Assembly: GCA_033763575.1 (NCBI GenBank)
Contig: JANRKF010000033.1
Coordinates: 6,278 to 70,277, forward strand
Origin: Alphaproteobacteria bacterium
GTDB taxonomy: Bacteria > Pseudomonadota > Alphaproteobacteria > Rickettsiales > SXRF01
Direction: 5' to 3'
DNA length: 64,000 bases
Shown here: positions 52,345 through 62,684 of the stretch, piece after piece
Position numbering within the stretch: position 1 is the first letter of the stretch
Layout of the letters: the number at the start of each line of letters is the position of its first letter
The notes under the pieces: generated by a model
The model's database searches: none
What the model saw: the letters and a program-made list of their open reading frames with translations, nothing else
Told to the model about the DNA's origin: nothing
Translations under genes and position numbers: made by a program

Positions 52345-52857
52345 ATGGAACATGTAGAAGCCGCTCTTAAAAAGGCTCCCAAACTGGCCGTAAAATTAGC
52401 GGAGGAGTTGTTGGGGGAGGAAAATCTGAAAACACTGCGGAATCCGAGAACGATTCCCCATATGAGTCCGGCAGCAACCTCTTATTTCACACAAACGCTC
52501 TTTGCACATGTTTCAGAGATCGGCTTGACAAAAGTAGAGTGGGAAGCACTTGCGCATGAACTTCTGAAACACGGCATGAGGGTCAGCGAGCCAGATATTA
52601 TCCAATTGCTGGAAGCAACTGAACATGGACGCGAGCTATTGGCAAACGAGATGAAATACCTCAAACCAGAAAGTCTCAATAAATTAGTCGCTGATGGTAT
52701 GGGTGCTACGCCGCATTCCGGGGATAAGCCTACTATTCGTTACAATCCTTCCTATGAAGGTGTAGAACATGCGTTATATGTTATGCGCCATCCAGACGAT
52801 CACCAGCATGTGCCCGCCTACGCGGAAGTTCACGGCCGCCATCACCATCATCGCTAA
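52345..52857 (+). CDS. hypothetical protein with a His-rich C-terminus
   Basis: ATG 52345 is preceded by AGGAGAAG. 170 aa ending HGRHHHHR. AT-richer islet. Confidence 0.5.
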   Translation: MEHVEAALKKAPKLAVKLAEELLGEENLKTLRNPRTIPHMSPAATSYFTQTLFAHVSEIGLTKVEWEALAHELLKHGMRVSEPDIIQLLEATEHGRELLANEMKYLKPESLNKLVADGMGATPHSGDKPTIRYNPSYEGVEHALYVMRHPDDHQHVPAYAEVHGRHHHHR

Positions 52858-55853
52858 AACACATCGAATAAATTGCGCAGGAAGCCGGGCGTCAGGATGG
52901 AGAGCGGATTCACCGACACGTTGGGATTGTCGCTGTCACCCTTCATGCTGTAGCGCGCCGCGAACACGCCCTCGCCCTTGCCGCCGGTCAGGATGTCGCC
53001 GACGAGCGGCACTTTCCCCGCCACATTATTGAGCGTGTATGACGGCACGATCGCCCCTTCGAGATGCAGCGTGGTCGCCGGAAAAGTGATCGTTCCATCC
53101 GCCGTCAACCCCATCGCCGAGCCGAACGCCTTGCCGTCCTGGATCGTCACCACATCATCCTGCAGCGTATAGGGCGCGGCGAGTTTTTTAAAGGCGATGC
53201 CGTTGCCCGACAGCGTATCGAAAATACCGGTGAGCGATGCCAACGACAGCATCTTCGCCAGTACCGGAGCGTCTTTCAGCACATAATCATGAATATCGAG
53301 CTGGCCGCGCAGCAGGCCGCTGCCCTTCGCATCGTCGAACAGGCCGGTGAGCGACAGGGTGCCGCCTTCCATGCCCGGCACAATGCCGAGCGCCCGCAAC
53401 AGGCCGCCCGCATCATCTGAGGTCGCGCTCAAGCGGCGATTCTTTCCTTCCTTCTTAATACCGAAGGCGAATTTCGCCTCACCGATTTTCCCGCCGATAT
53501 CGGCGGCGGTGCAACGCGTTTGCGTGCATGTCATCCGCCCTTTGACCGCCTGCAAAGAAGCGCCATGGGCGCCGTAAATCGTGCCGATGTCGAGCGACAA
53601 ATCGATGGCCGGAAAATGCGCGAAGGAAAATCCATCGCCTTTTTTCTCCAGCGACGAGGCGATATCGAGCGACGGCCCTGCAATATTCAGGCGGTAGCCG
53701 CCGGGGGTGGCCTCATATTCCAGCGCGCTCAAACTGGTTTTATCATAACGGAATGTGTCGAGCGTGAGCTTCGCCAGGTCCTTGCCATCCGGCGTGAGCA
53801 GCGCCTTGCCCGCCACGTCAACGCCCTCGCCTTTCAGTGAAAATTTTTCCAGCGACGTCACCTCGCCCTGCGTGGATAGCTCCATATGCAGCGCCGCGTT
53901 CGATAGCGTCCGCACCTCCATCGGCAACTCCACACCGAATTTTTTGAAGGTGTCGCCGTCAAGCGTCGCGGTCGCATCCACCACCGTGTCGATCGCGTTC
54001 TCCGGCGAAAAACTGTAGCGCAATTTACTGTTTGAAAGCGCGGCGCCATTGACCGTGCCGCTGCCGGAAAATTCGATGGCCTCCTCATTCACCTGCATGT
54101 CGCCGCTGGCATTCGCAATATCAAAACGGCCAAGGAAACCGGGCGTTCCCACCTTGTCGAGCGCCGCCCTGATGTCGTAGGTCATCGGCGTATCGTTGCC
54201 ATCTTGATCCTTGGCGAAAAAATAAAAACTGAGTTTCGCATCCGCCGCAGCGCGGCCCGTAGCCTTCGCCGCATCGAGATTCAAACGCTTCGCATGTGCA
54301 AGCATCGGCAACCCCAAAAGCGTCACCACGTCACTCGCCGGGGCCTCGGCATGCATCGACATTTCAATCAGCGGGTTATCCGGATTCAAATCCGCAATCA
54401 GCAAACGGCCACCCGAAAGCACCGTGCCGCCAAGCGCATCGGCATGCGAAATCGCCGCATCGAGCGACAGGCCATCGACCTTGATGCGCGCATTCACACC
54501 GCGCACCTCCGGATGATCCGGCAAGTAGCGAATCTTCGCATCCTTCAGGTCGAGCTGCGCATCCACCGCCTCTTTCGGCAGCGACGGCAACTCCATCTCG
54601 CCCGGATTGATATTGAATATGGCCGTCGCCTTCGTCACATCGCCACCATGAATATTGCCGGTCACCCACTCGCGTGAAAGCGGCGACAGCCCCAGCGGCC
54701 AGAACAGCCGCACCTGCCCGGCCGGCACATCGGTAATGCTCACCTGCCCCTGAATGCCCAGGCCTTTTTCCGCCCGCAGCACGGTGCCCACCGCCGTAAA
54801 TTTGCTGCCGGCAAAATCGATGTCGGCCTTGTCGATGGTGATGGTTTTCAGGCCGTCCGACGCTTTGCCTGCCACTTTGAGGCTATGCACATTCAGCGTG
54901 CCGTCAATCCGCTCATGGGTGATTTTCCCGCGCCCGCCATCAAGATTGAATTGCAGCGCCTCCAGCGTGCCGTCATCGGCCAGCGCAAATCCCAGCGTGC
55001 CGCTTACCGGCAGTTGCAGCATCCCGGCCAGCGGATTATCGGAGAGCAGCCCCGAAAGCACCGACGGGTGGAGCTTCGCAACCGACAGCGTCCCCTCCAG
55101 CCGCTTGGCGCGCTTGTTATAGGCCCCCTGCCCGCTGAGCTCGCTCTCGTACTCTTTATATTTAATGGCCGTGCGCAGGAGAAGGGTGATTTGCGTATCC
55201 GACTCCTTGCGCACGACAAAGGTGGTATCCGGCGCGGAAATTATGACCCCGTCCGCATCATTGCCGATGCTGACATCGGCATTCAGAAGCTCGATCGTAT
55301 GCAGCTCGCGCAGGCTGCTCTTGCTGCGCGGATTCACCAGCGATTCAATGAGCGACGCCAGGATGTCGCCGGTGCTGTCGATATTCTCACCCTCCGCCGC
55401 CACTTGCGAATCCGCACCAAAACCGAGCGTTTTATCGGCATTCTGCTTGATGCTGATAATCGGCTTTGTCACGGAAAGCGAGGTGGGGAGGACTTTGCCA
55501 AACGGCAATGACAGCACATCCACCCCCAGCGCAATATCCGGAAACGAGGAAAATTTCTTGCCTTCTTTGGTAAAGAGAGACACCTCTTTCAGGTGTATCT
55601 CCACCGGACGCTGCCAGCCGCCCCAGACCAGCCATGTCTCGCTGATGTCGGCCCGCACATCGCTTTCGCCGGCCAGCGCTTTTTCGATGTAAGGCGTGAA
55701 TTTTTCCAGCGAACGCGGCCCCGTCGCCACCCAGAAGAGCGCCGCGTTAAATGCCACCAGCGCCGCAAGCGCCAGCCCCAGCGCGATGCCGATCAGAAAT
55801 TTACTCCAAGGATGTGCTAACATGCGGCCACCAGTAGCCACCAATATTCGCAT
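52854..55853 (-). CDS. giant AsmA/YhdP-like (DUF3971 plus AsmA_2-like) envelope protein
   Basis: Has an N-terminal TM anchor (FLIGIALGLALAALVAF), a long beta-rich body, and the family-typical C-terminus GKGEGVFAARYSMKGDSDNPNVSVNPLSILTPGFLRNLF. The start is ATG 55853 or ATG 55823. The track start at 55994 would overlap virB6. Confidence 0.75.
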   Translation of the reverse strand: MRILVATGGRMLAHPWSKFLIGIALGLALAALVAFNAALFWVATGPRSLEKFTPYIEKALAGESDVRADISETWLVWGGWQRPVEIHLKEVSLFTKEGKKFSSFPDIALGVDVLSLPFGKVLPTSLSVTKPIISIKQNADKTLGFGADSQVAAEGENIDSTGDILASLIESLVNPRSKSSLRELHTIELLNADVSIGNDADGVIISAPDTTFVVRKESDTQITLLLRTAIKYKEYESELSGQGAYNKRAKRLEGTLSVAKLHPSVLSGLLSDNPLAGMLQLPVSGTLGFALADDGTLEALQFNLDGGRGKITHERIDGTLNVHSLKVAGKASDGLKTITIDKADIDFAGSKFTAVGTVLRAEKGLGIQGQVSITDVPAGQVRLFWPLGLSPLSREWVTGNIHGGDVTKATAIFNINPGEMELPSLPKEAVDAQLDLKDAKIRYLPDHPEVRGVNARIKVDGLSLDAAISHADALGGTVLSGGRLLIADLNPDNPLIEMSMHAEAPASDVVTLLGLPMLAHAKRLNLDAAKATGRAAADAKLSFYFFAKDQDGNDTPMTYDIRAALDKVGTPGFLGRFDIANASGDMQVNEEAIEFSGSGTVNGAALSNSKLRYSFSPENAIDTVVDATATLDGDTFKKFGVELPMEVRTLSNAALHMELSTQGEVTSLEKFSLKGEGVDVAGKALLTPDGKDLAKLTLDTFRYDKTSLSALEYEATPGGYRLNIAGPSLDIASSLEKKGDGFSFAHFPAIDLSLDIGTIYGAHGASLQAVKGRMTCTQTRCTAADIGGKIGEAKFAFGIKKEGKNRRLSATSDDAGGLLRALGIVPGMEGGTLSLTGLFDDAKGSGLLRGQLDIHDYVLKDAPVLAKMLSLASLTGIFDTLSGNGIAFKKLAAPYTLQDDVVTIQDGKAFGSAMGLTADGTITFPATTLHLEGAIVPSYTLNNVAGKVPLVGDILTGGKGEGVFAARYSMKGDSDNPNVSVNPLSILTPGFLRNLFDVF

Positions 55854-55872
55854 TTTGTCGAGGCAAAAATTA

Positions 55873-57165
55873 TCACGGGTTAGGCCGCGTGCCACCCGCC
55901 GGACCGCCAATTGGAGTCGTGCCGCCCCCGGCCGGCTGACCGGATTGACCCGCTTTCTTAAACCAATCGCCCAGCGGGCCCTGCATGCTCGCAAGATTGG
56001 TGCTGGCGCCCGCCAGGTCGCTTGCGATCAGGGTGACGATACTGTTGAAGCGCGACGCCAGGTCCGCCAGCATCACCAACACCAGAACGCCCACGATATC
56101 AATCGGGAAAATCGGCCCCTGCGTCGTCTGCGGCCCGTTGAACGACCACGACCCGCCATACGGCTGGCAGCCGCTGCCCTGACACAACGCAAAGCGCCAG
56201 TAATGCATGGCAAACGGCGAGCCGGTCATGCTGTTCGCCCACTGGGTCCAGCATACCGGCGTGAGCAGGATGTTGTTGATCGCGACATCGATCAACTGCA
56301 CGAAAAATGCCAGGAAGGTGAACAGCAAAATCGGCTGCAGCGTGGCGTTGACGATCTGGTTGAGCCAGCCGTCGAATAAATAACGCGTCCGCACGAACAG
56401 CAGGAACGACAGGAAAATAGGCGCAATGCCGAACAGCAACGCCTTTAAAATCAGCGACATCAGATACACCCACGCGGCGGTGAGGATCGCACGCATGAAC
56501 GTGCCAAGCCCCAGCGCCAATAACAGGCCGAAAATCGGGCCGTAGGGCGGGGTGAAGAACATCGCCATCATCGTCACCGCCATTTTCGCCGACACCGCCT
56601 TGGTGAGCGCCTGATCGACCACGTAGAAGGGCGGCGCATTGACCGGCACCGCCTGGTTCAGCACCGCCGCCGACACCTGGTTGATCCACGCATCCGTCCC
56701 GGCATTGAAGAATTTAACCACGGTAATATTGAAGAAATACCAGGCATCCGGCGAAAGCAGCAGCGCGATAATCCCGATCTTCACCATCCGCACGCTGAAA
56801 TCAAACAGCGTGATCTGCACCATGCCGAAGGTGAACATGATGCCGTAAAAAATAATGTAGAGCGTCGCCAATGCCGAAATCGCATTGAGGAAGCCGACAT
56901 CGCTGATGATCGCCGCGAACAGCGCCGCCGTGACCTGATTCAGGATGTTTTGTATCTCGACGATGATGGTGGAAATAAGCCCCTGCCCGGGCGGAGGCGA
57001 GGGAATGGCGAATTGCGGATCGCTGGTGCAGGTGCCGTGCGGCACGGTGGGCGGCTGGTTGGCGAACGCGCTCTCCGGTATCAGGAGGCACAACACGGCG
57101 ATCGCCAGTATCGCCGGCAGGATCGCCTTCGCATGTGACCGTAAAGAATGGGCTGTGTGTTTCAT
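55873..57165 (-). CDS. virB6: VirB6/TrbL family type IV secretion protein, paralog 3
   Basis: ATG 57165 overlaps the upstream stop (ATGA). It has a signal/TM N-terminus (MKHTAHSLRSHAKAILPAILAIAVLCL), multiple TM helices, and a G/P/Q-rich tail. Confidence 0.8.
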   Translation of the reverse strand: MKHTAHSLRSHAKAILPAILAIAVLCLLIPESAFANQPPTVPHGTCTSDPQFAIPSPPPGQGLISTIIVEIQNILNQVTAALFAAIISDVGFLNAISALATLYIIFYGIMFTFGMVQITLFDFSVRMVKIGIIALLLSPDAWYFFNITVVKFFNAGTDAWINQVSAAVLNQAVPVNAPPFYVVDQALTKAVSAKMAVTMMAMFFTPPYGPIFGLLLALGLGTFMRAILTAAWVYLMSLILKALLFGIAPIFLSFLLFVRTRYLFDGWLNQIVNATLQPILLFTFLAFFVQLIDVAINNILLTPVCWTQWANSMTGSPFAMHYWRFALCQGSGCQPYGGSWSFNGPQTTQGPIFPIDIVGVLVLVMLADLASRFNSIVTLIASDLAGASTNLASMQGPLGDWFKKAGQSGQPAGGGTTPIGGPAGGTRPNP

Positions 57166-58568
57166 GGCGTTTGCCTTCCTCCAACCAATTGTGATATTTG
57201 TGCAGTAAGACCTGAAAGGCTGCGCGCCGCCTGCCCCGCTTGACCGCTTTGCACCTGGCTTTGCAATTGGCCGGTGGCCTGCTGCAGCTTGCCGATCACC
57301 GCCGAATTCGCGCCGAACGCGATCTGGCTCGATACCCCGGCGATACTCGATGCCACCTGCGGCAGCAACTGCAGCATCGATTTCATCAGCGACGAAAATA
57401 TCCATAGCGTGATGAAGGCAAAGCTGAGTGCTTGAGTGAAGAAAACGTCGTTACTACCGAAACTGACCCGCGCCATCCGCCCGATGACGGCATCGAACGA
57501 GTTCTTGGCCATCGGGTTCACAAAGGATTGCACCGGCGGCGCGATGTTGCGCGCAACGCATGGCACATCGGTGCTGGTCGAAAGGTTTTTCATCATCACA
57601 TTGGTATTGGGATCCGACGGTATCATCCATGAGGAAAGCGACGAGTTGTTGCGCCAGTAGGCCCTGAAATCATTGCCGCCCAACACATCGAAAATATTCT
57701 GGATCAATATATCGAAAATACCCACGAACATCCAGACGAAAGCAAAAATCAGCGTCGGCGTCAGGATGGCGGCGACAATAATATCCGCCCATTTTTTGAA
57801 ATAGCGCTCGGTGTAGAAGAACAGCGCCAGCGGTATCATCACCGGCATCAGGGTGAGCAGGAAGCCGATGGTGAGGAACGCCATCAGGTAGGTGTAAATC
57901 AGCGACAGGATGAAAATGAGCAGGTTCATCATGCCGATGATGCCGAAGAAAAACAGCGACACGCCCACATTCGACGAAAATACCGATGCGCCGACAATCC
58001 CCATCAGCCCGTTCATCATCGCAATGCTGGGACCGGCCCCCACCAGATTGCCAAGGAAGGCGTCGATGCGCTGCCACGGCGACACCCCGCCCACCACCAG
58101 CCGCAACATGTCGGCGAGAATGGCAAACACCCAGCCCACAATATCGGGCAGTATGTTCATAAACGCCGCAACAAACGCAAGCTTGATGAACAGGGTGGAG
58201 CTGCGCTTGAGCAGCTCGCGCTCGCCCATCGCAATGCGTATGCCGTAAAAGGTGATGACCAGCGTGGAAAGCACCGCCGTCACCCAGCCGAATTCATCGG
58301 AGATGATATACATCATGTTGATCACCGCATCCTTGATCGTGCCCTCAATGCACGCCACCAGTTTCGAGGTGAACTCATAGGACTGGTATTGGATGCCGGT
58401 ATAGTTGGACGCGCAGCTGCCAAGCTCGAACCGCCCCGTATTCATGCCGGAGCGCGCTACCGAAGCGGTGGGGCAGCCCTGCGCAGCGAACGCCTGGACG
58501 GGCGCCATCACCGAAAGCAACAGCGACGCAAGCGCTACGAATAAGAATGGAAATGGCTTCCTGCTCAT
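57162..58568 (-). CDS. virB6: VirB6/TrbL family type IV secretion protein, paralog 2
   Basis: 468-aa polytopic protein. Its ATG overlaps the upstream stop (ATGA). It has a Q/G-rich C-terminal tail. Confidence 0.8.
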   Translation of the reverse strand: MSRKPFPFLFVALASLLLSVMAPVQAFAAQGCPTASVARSGMNTGRFELGSCASNYTGIQYQSYEFTSKLVACIEGTIKDAVINMMYIISDEFGWVTAVLSTLVITFYGIRIAMGERELLKRSSTLFIKLAFVAAFMNILPDIVGWVFAILADMLRLVVGGVSPWQRIDAFLGNLVGAGPSIAMMNGLMGIVGASVFSSNVGVSLFFFGIIGMMNLLIFILSLIYTYLMAFLTIGFLLTLMPVMIPLALFFYTERYFKKWADIIVAAILTPTLIFAFVWMFVGIFDILIQNIFDVLGGNDFRAYWRNNSSLSSWMIPSDPNTNVMMKNLSTSTDVPCVARNIAPPVQSFVNPMAKNSFDAVIGRMARVSFGSNDVFFTQALSFAFITLWIFSSLMKSMLQLLPQVASSIAGVSSQIAFGANSAVIGKLQQATGQLQSQVQSGQAGQAARSLSGLTAQISQLVGGRQTP

Positions 58569-60241
58569 GGCCCGGCCCCTCCCACGCTTGCTTTCACCTG
58601 GCCGAGTATCGAGTTACCCGGCGGCGAGAGCTTGCCCGCGCCAAACGGCATCTTCGCGCTTTGTTCGCCGCCGATGCCCGCGCCGATGAACGGCAGAAAA
58701 TCGAGCATCAACCCGAACACATACATGGTGAGGAATGCCATCAAAAGCGCCAGCAACAGGTTGATCAGATAGTCGAGCGTGATGTTATGGAGCGTCTCGT
58801 CCAGCTGCTCCTGCTCCGCCGCAGTGCAGCCGCTATAGCCGCAAATATTGACTTCATAGGTCGCCCTCTGGGTGATCGCCGTGCAGTTCGGCGCACTGCA
58901 AAGATGCAGCAGCGCGAGGTCCTGCCAGCTGATGCGCTTGATCGGCCAGCTCACCGAATACACCCCGATCGGCGCGAAGCTGTTCAGGATATTAATCACA
59001 ATCCCCCCGGCATCTTTCCGGTTGAAGCTTTGGACCGGCGGCTGGTTGCCGCCCATGGTGCCGCCGATACCCACATTGAACCCGGACGGCTTCGCCGCCA
59101 GCCGCGGATTGGTGCCGACACCGAACGAACCGACGCTGGTATCCTTATAGACCCCCTCGTTATACAGCCAGTTGCCGATCATGAAATCGCCGTAAGGGTT
59201 GGTGTTCTGGTTCTGGAACGGATAGGAATTGAGCGGGCTGGGGTAATAGCCGATCTCGTTGGCCGGAACGATGGCGCGATAAATTGAATACGGCCCGTCA
59301 TACACCACCGTGTCGAACGCCGCGAGCATCATCGCCAGATAGGCGAACAGGAAAATCGGCTGAAGCATGAACCCGATCAGCAGCTTCAGCCATTTCTCAA
59401 AATAGGCGCGGGTGACACTGAACAGAATGCAGGTGATGAAAATCGGAGAAATAATCGCCATCACCGCAATTGCGATATAGGCGGTGATGGTGATGTAGGC
59501 GGCGCGCAGGATGGCGAAGATCAGGGTGGAAAGAATCGAAAATCCCACCAGCGCAATGAACACCCCGATCGTGCCGGACACAAAGGCGCAGACAAAAAAT
59601 CCCAGCAGGCCGGAGAGCAAAAGGCTCGGGTTGAAAACAGAGCCGACCAGCGTATTGATCGCGCAGTCGACCTTCCCCCACATATCGGTCGGGGCGTAAT
59701 TCGCGGCGCAGCGCATGGTCGTCGAATAACCTACATAGGACGTGACGATGCCGCTCATCTGGTCGATAATCTGGATCAACACCGGAAACAGCCCCTGCGG
59801 CCAGATATAGGACTGGCCGAGCACAAAAGTGAAAAACGACACCCCGCCGATCTTCAGCGCCACCACAAACGCATCACGCGTCGGCGCGGAATTTTTCCCC
59901 ACCGCCATGAGCCAGCCCCAGAACAATACCGCAAGCGTCATCGCCGCCGCCACCGTGCCGGCAATGTAGTTCACCGAGAAATAATACATGATCTGGTAGG
60001 CGGCGGGAATCACCAGCCCCTGCACACAATAAACGATGCGCTTGACCAGGCCATATTTCTGGCGGTTGTTCAGCACCTCATTCGGATCGTTGACATTGTA
60101 ATCATCCACCGGGCAGATCTGCTTGCCGAATATCTGGCCGTTATATTGCGAGATCTCCGGATTCACCAACACCGGAAAACTTGCCTCGGCAGAAAATGGA
60201 TACAATAAGCCACATACGGCGATTACCTGGAGGCAATGCAT
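58565..60241 (-). CDS. virB6: VirB6/TrbL family type IV secretion protein, paralog 1
   Basis: ATG 60241 (MHCLQVIAVCGLLYPFSAEA) lies 16 nt after the virB4 stop. It is polytopic, with a ~200-aa C-terminal periplasmic/soluble part. The track start at 60367 would overlap virB4. Confidence 0.8.
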   Translation of the reverse strand: MHCLQVIAVCGLLYPFSAEASFPVLVNPEISQYNGQIFGKQICPVDDYNVNDPNEVLNNRQKYGLVKRIVYCVQGLVIPAAYQIMYYFSVNYIAGTVAAAMTLAVLFWGWLMAVGKNSAPTRDAFVVALKIGGVSFFTFVLGQSYIWPQGLFPVLIQIIDQMSGIVTSYVGYSTTMRCAANYAPTDMWGKVDCAINTLVGSVFNPSLLLSGLLGFFVCAFVSGTIGVFIALVGFSILSTLIFAILRAAYITITAYIAIAVMAIISPIFITCILFSVTRAYFEKWLKLLIGFMLQPIFLFAYLAMMLAAFDTVVYDGPYSIYRAIVPANEIGYYPSPLNSYPFQNQNTNPYGDFMIGNWLYNEGVYKDTSVGSFGVGTNPRLAAKPSGFNVGIGGTMGGNQPPVQSFNRKDAGGIVINILNSFAPIGVYSVSWPIKRISWQDLALLHLCSAPNCTAITQRATYEVNICGYSGCTAAEQEQLDETLHNITLDYLINLLLALLMAFLTMYVFGLMLDFLPFIGAGIGGEQSAKMPFGAGKLSPPGNSILGQVKASVGGAGP

Positions 60242-60257
60242 CGTTATGCGAAACAGC

Positions 60258-62678
60258 CTATTTTTTCCCTTCCTTCGAGACAATTTTTTCCCTTTCCAAT
60301 CGCACGCGTTCCTGGAATGCCGCCATCCACGCTTCCGGCTCATCGCCATATTTTTCGCGCACCGCATCGAGAATCGCCACCGTTTCCGCCCGCGCCGAGA
60401 GCACGTTGATGACCTCGTCCATGCCCGACAAATCGATGCGCGCCACCACCACGTCCTTGCCCTGCTTCACCAGGAAAAACCGGCTGCCCGGATCGGTGGT
60501 TTTCAGTAAATTGAATTCGCGCTCCGTGACCATGAACGCTTGCCGGTAAGCCTCGGTCGCCTTCGGGTTCGGCAGGAAAATCTGCGTCGCCGTCTGCTGG
60601 ATGAGCGTCTCCGAAATCGCCGACTGAGTGGCATCTTCCACCGATTGCGTGGCGAACACCACCATGCCGTTTAATTTCCGTAGCGTCTTCAGCCAGTCGC
60701 GGATACGGGTGGCGAAAATCTTGTTGTCGATCAGCGCCCACGCCTCGTCGAGCACGATGATGGTCGGCGTGCCATCGAGCGCGAGGTTGATGCGGTGGAA
60801 CAAATATAAAAGCGTCGGCGCGAGCGTCGCCTTGTCGCGCAGAATCTCGCCCATCTCGAAGCCGAACGCATTGCCCAGCGAGAAATCGATCACGTCGGTT
60901 TCATTATCGAACAGCCCGGCATACGGCCCGTCGCCATGCCACATTTTCAAGCGGCCCGCAAGCGTCCCCGGCCCTTCGATACCAAGGAACGGCGCGATGT
61001 TGCGGAGGATGCGGTCTTTTCTTTCGAGCTTGTAATTGCCCATCACCGCCTCGTTGATATGCTCCATGTCGTCGGCGGTGAACGGCTCGTCATTGACCGT
61101 GACCAGCGTGTGCAGCCACTCGGCAATGAAGGTGCGGTTCTCCGGCGTGTCCGGCAGGTGCAGCGGATTGAACCGGCACTGCTTGCCCGGCTCGATCACC
61201 GTATATTTGCCGCCGATCGCCCGCAGGAAAATCTCGGCACCGCGATCCTTGTCGAAGAAGAAAACGCGGCAATTGAATTTTTGCGCCTGCGCGCAGAGGA
61301 AGTTGAGCAGCACCGTCTTACCCGACCCGGTAGGGCCGATGATGGTGGTGTGGCCGACGTCGCGGGCATGGAAATTGAAGAAATACGGCGTGCCCGACGA
61401 GGTGTCGAATACCGTCACCGCATCGCCCCAGTGATTGCCGCGAATGCGGCCTGTCGGATAGTTGTGCAGCGACGCAAACCCGGCGAGGTTCATGGTGTTG
61501 ATGTCGGCAGGCCGCCCGATGAAATCGAAATTCCCCGGAAGCTGCGCCCAGTAGACCTGCTCCATGATAAATTTTTCACGCACCGGATTGATGCCGAGAT
61601 TCACCAGCTCGGCCAGCGCCAGCGAGAGTATTTTTTCCAACTCGTGCATATCCTCATCAAAACACAGCACGCTTAAATGGTGCGGGCCGAAGGCCACGTG
61701 CCCGCTCATCGCCATGTCGAGCGCATCCGAAATCTCGGCGATCTGCGAAATCGCCGCATCCTCCGCCGCCATCATCCGCCGCTGGCGAATCTGCATGCGG
61801 TTGATGTTCACCGAGCGGTTATAAAAATTGAACGACTGCGAAATGATAAACTCGAACGGCAATTGCAAAAAGCCGTCGAGCAGGCCGGCGGCGGTGGCCG
61901 GCGCATATTCCTTGATGCTGACGATACCGGCAAAACGCTTTTTCGGCGCGCCGCTCACCTCGATCGCACGGTCGCCGAAATAGAGGCGGTACATCGCAAG
62001 ACTCTCAGCAATATTATTCGGCGCGTAACGCACCGGATGCGCGAATCCGCAATTGACCAGACGCGATAAAAATTCCATCGGCTCGGAAAACACGCCGTCT
62101 TCGTTCTCGTAGGTGGAAAGCAACCGCGCACCGTAATCCTTAAGCGTGGCGACCAACCGCCCCGTCACCTCGGTCAGCTCTTTCTGGGTATCGCGCATCG
62201 CCTGTATCTGCGTCGCCTTGTTGCCCGCCTCGCTCGCACGCTTCAGGAAATAATGCACCTTGGCCGCGCCCTTGGTATCGGGCTTGCGCAGCACCGAAAT
62301 ATACAGCTCGTTGATGAACGAATCCTTGTGGTCGTGCTTCTCGCGCCAGAGCTTATCGACATGCGCCGGAAAGCCCGGCGGTTGCTTGCCGCCCGGATAG
62401 GCGCTCTGCTTGCGGCGCACCGTGTGGAACCACACCGCGAACGTGCCGTCCGCCAATGATTTCATCAGCGAATTACGCACCAGTTTTTTCATGTCGACAT
62501 CTTCGTCATCCGCCGTCTCGAACGAAAACCCTTCGAGCTTGATAATCTGCAGGAATTCTTTTTTCTTGGTGAGGATGGTCTCCTTATCCCAGTGATGATC
62601 GTAGGGAATGAACGTCGAGGCCGGCACCTCGTTCTTCGAGTAGGCCGCTTTCCTGGTGTGTCTGCGAGCAAGTTTCAT
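60258..62678 (-). CDS. virB4: type IV secretion ATPase VirB4
   Basis: 806 aa. Walker A GPTGSGKT, Walker B IIVLDEAW, and FATQS. Confidence 0.95.
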   Translation of the reverse strand: MKLARRHTRKAAYSKNEVPASTFIPYDHHWDKETILTKKKEFLQIIKLEGFSFETADDEDVDMKKLVRNSLMKSLADGTFAVWFHTVRRKQSAYPGGKQPPGFPAHVDKLWREKHDHKDSFINELYISVLRKPDTKGAAKVHYFLKRASEAGNKATQIQAMRDTQKELTEVTGRLVATLKDYGARLLSTYENEDGVFSEPMEFLSRLVNCGFAHPVRYAPNNIAESLAMYRLYFGDRAIEVSGAPKKRFAGIVSIKEYAPATAAGLLDGFLQLPFEFIISQSFNFYNRSVNINRMQIRQRRMMAAEDAAISQIAEISDALDMAMSGHVAFGPHHLSVLCFDEDMHELEKILSLALAELVNLGINPVREKFIMEQVYWAQLPGNFDFIGRPADINTMNLAGFASLHNYPTGRIRGNHWGDAVTVFDTSSGTPYFFNFHARDVGHTTIIGPTGSGKTVLLNFLCAQAQKFNCRVFFFDKDRGAEIFLRAIGGKYTVIEPGKQCRFNPLHLPDTPENRTFIAEWLHTLVTVNDEPFTADDMEHINEAVMGNYKLERKDRILRNIAPFLGIEGPGTLAGRLKMWHGDGPYAGLFDNETDVIDFSLGNAFGFEMGEILRDKATLAPTLLYLFHRINLALDGTPTIIVLDEAWALIDNKIFATRIRDWLKTLRKLNGMVVFATQSVEDATQSAISETLIQQTATQIFLPNPKATEAYRQAFMVTEREFNLLKTTDPGSRFFLVKQGKDVVVARIDLSGMDEVINVLSARAETVAILDAVREKYGDEPEAWMAAFQERVRLEREKIVSKEGKK

Positions 62679-62684
62679 GACGGC

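Noticed and set aside
55854-55994. N-terminally extended ORF calls in the track that overlap the upstream gene: the AsmA-like gene to 55994, virB6 to 57405 and 60367, gpsA to 7556, addB to 28547
   Set aside because: The extensions overlap upstream coding sequence or repeats and encode Arg/Gly-rich junk. Internal ATGs give proper signal or TM N-termini and ATGA-type coupling.
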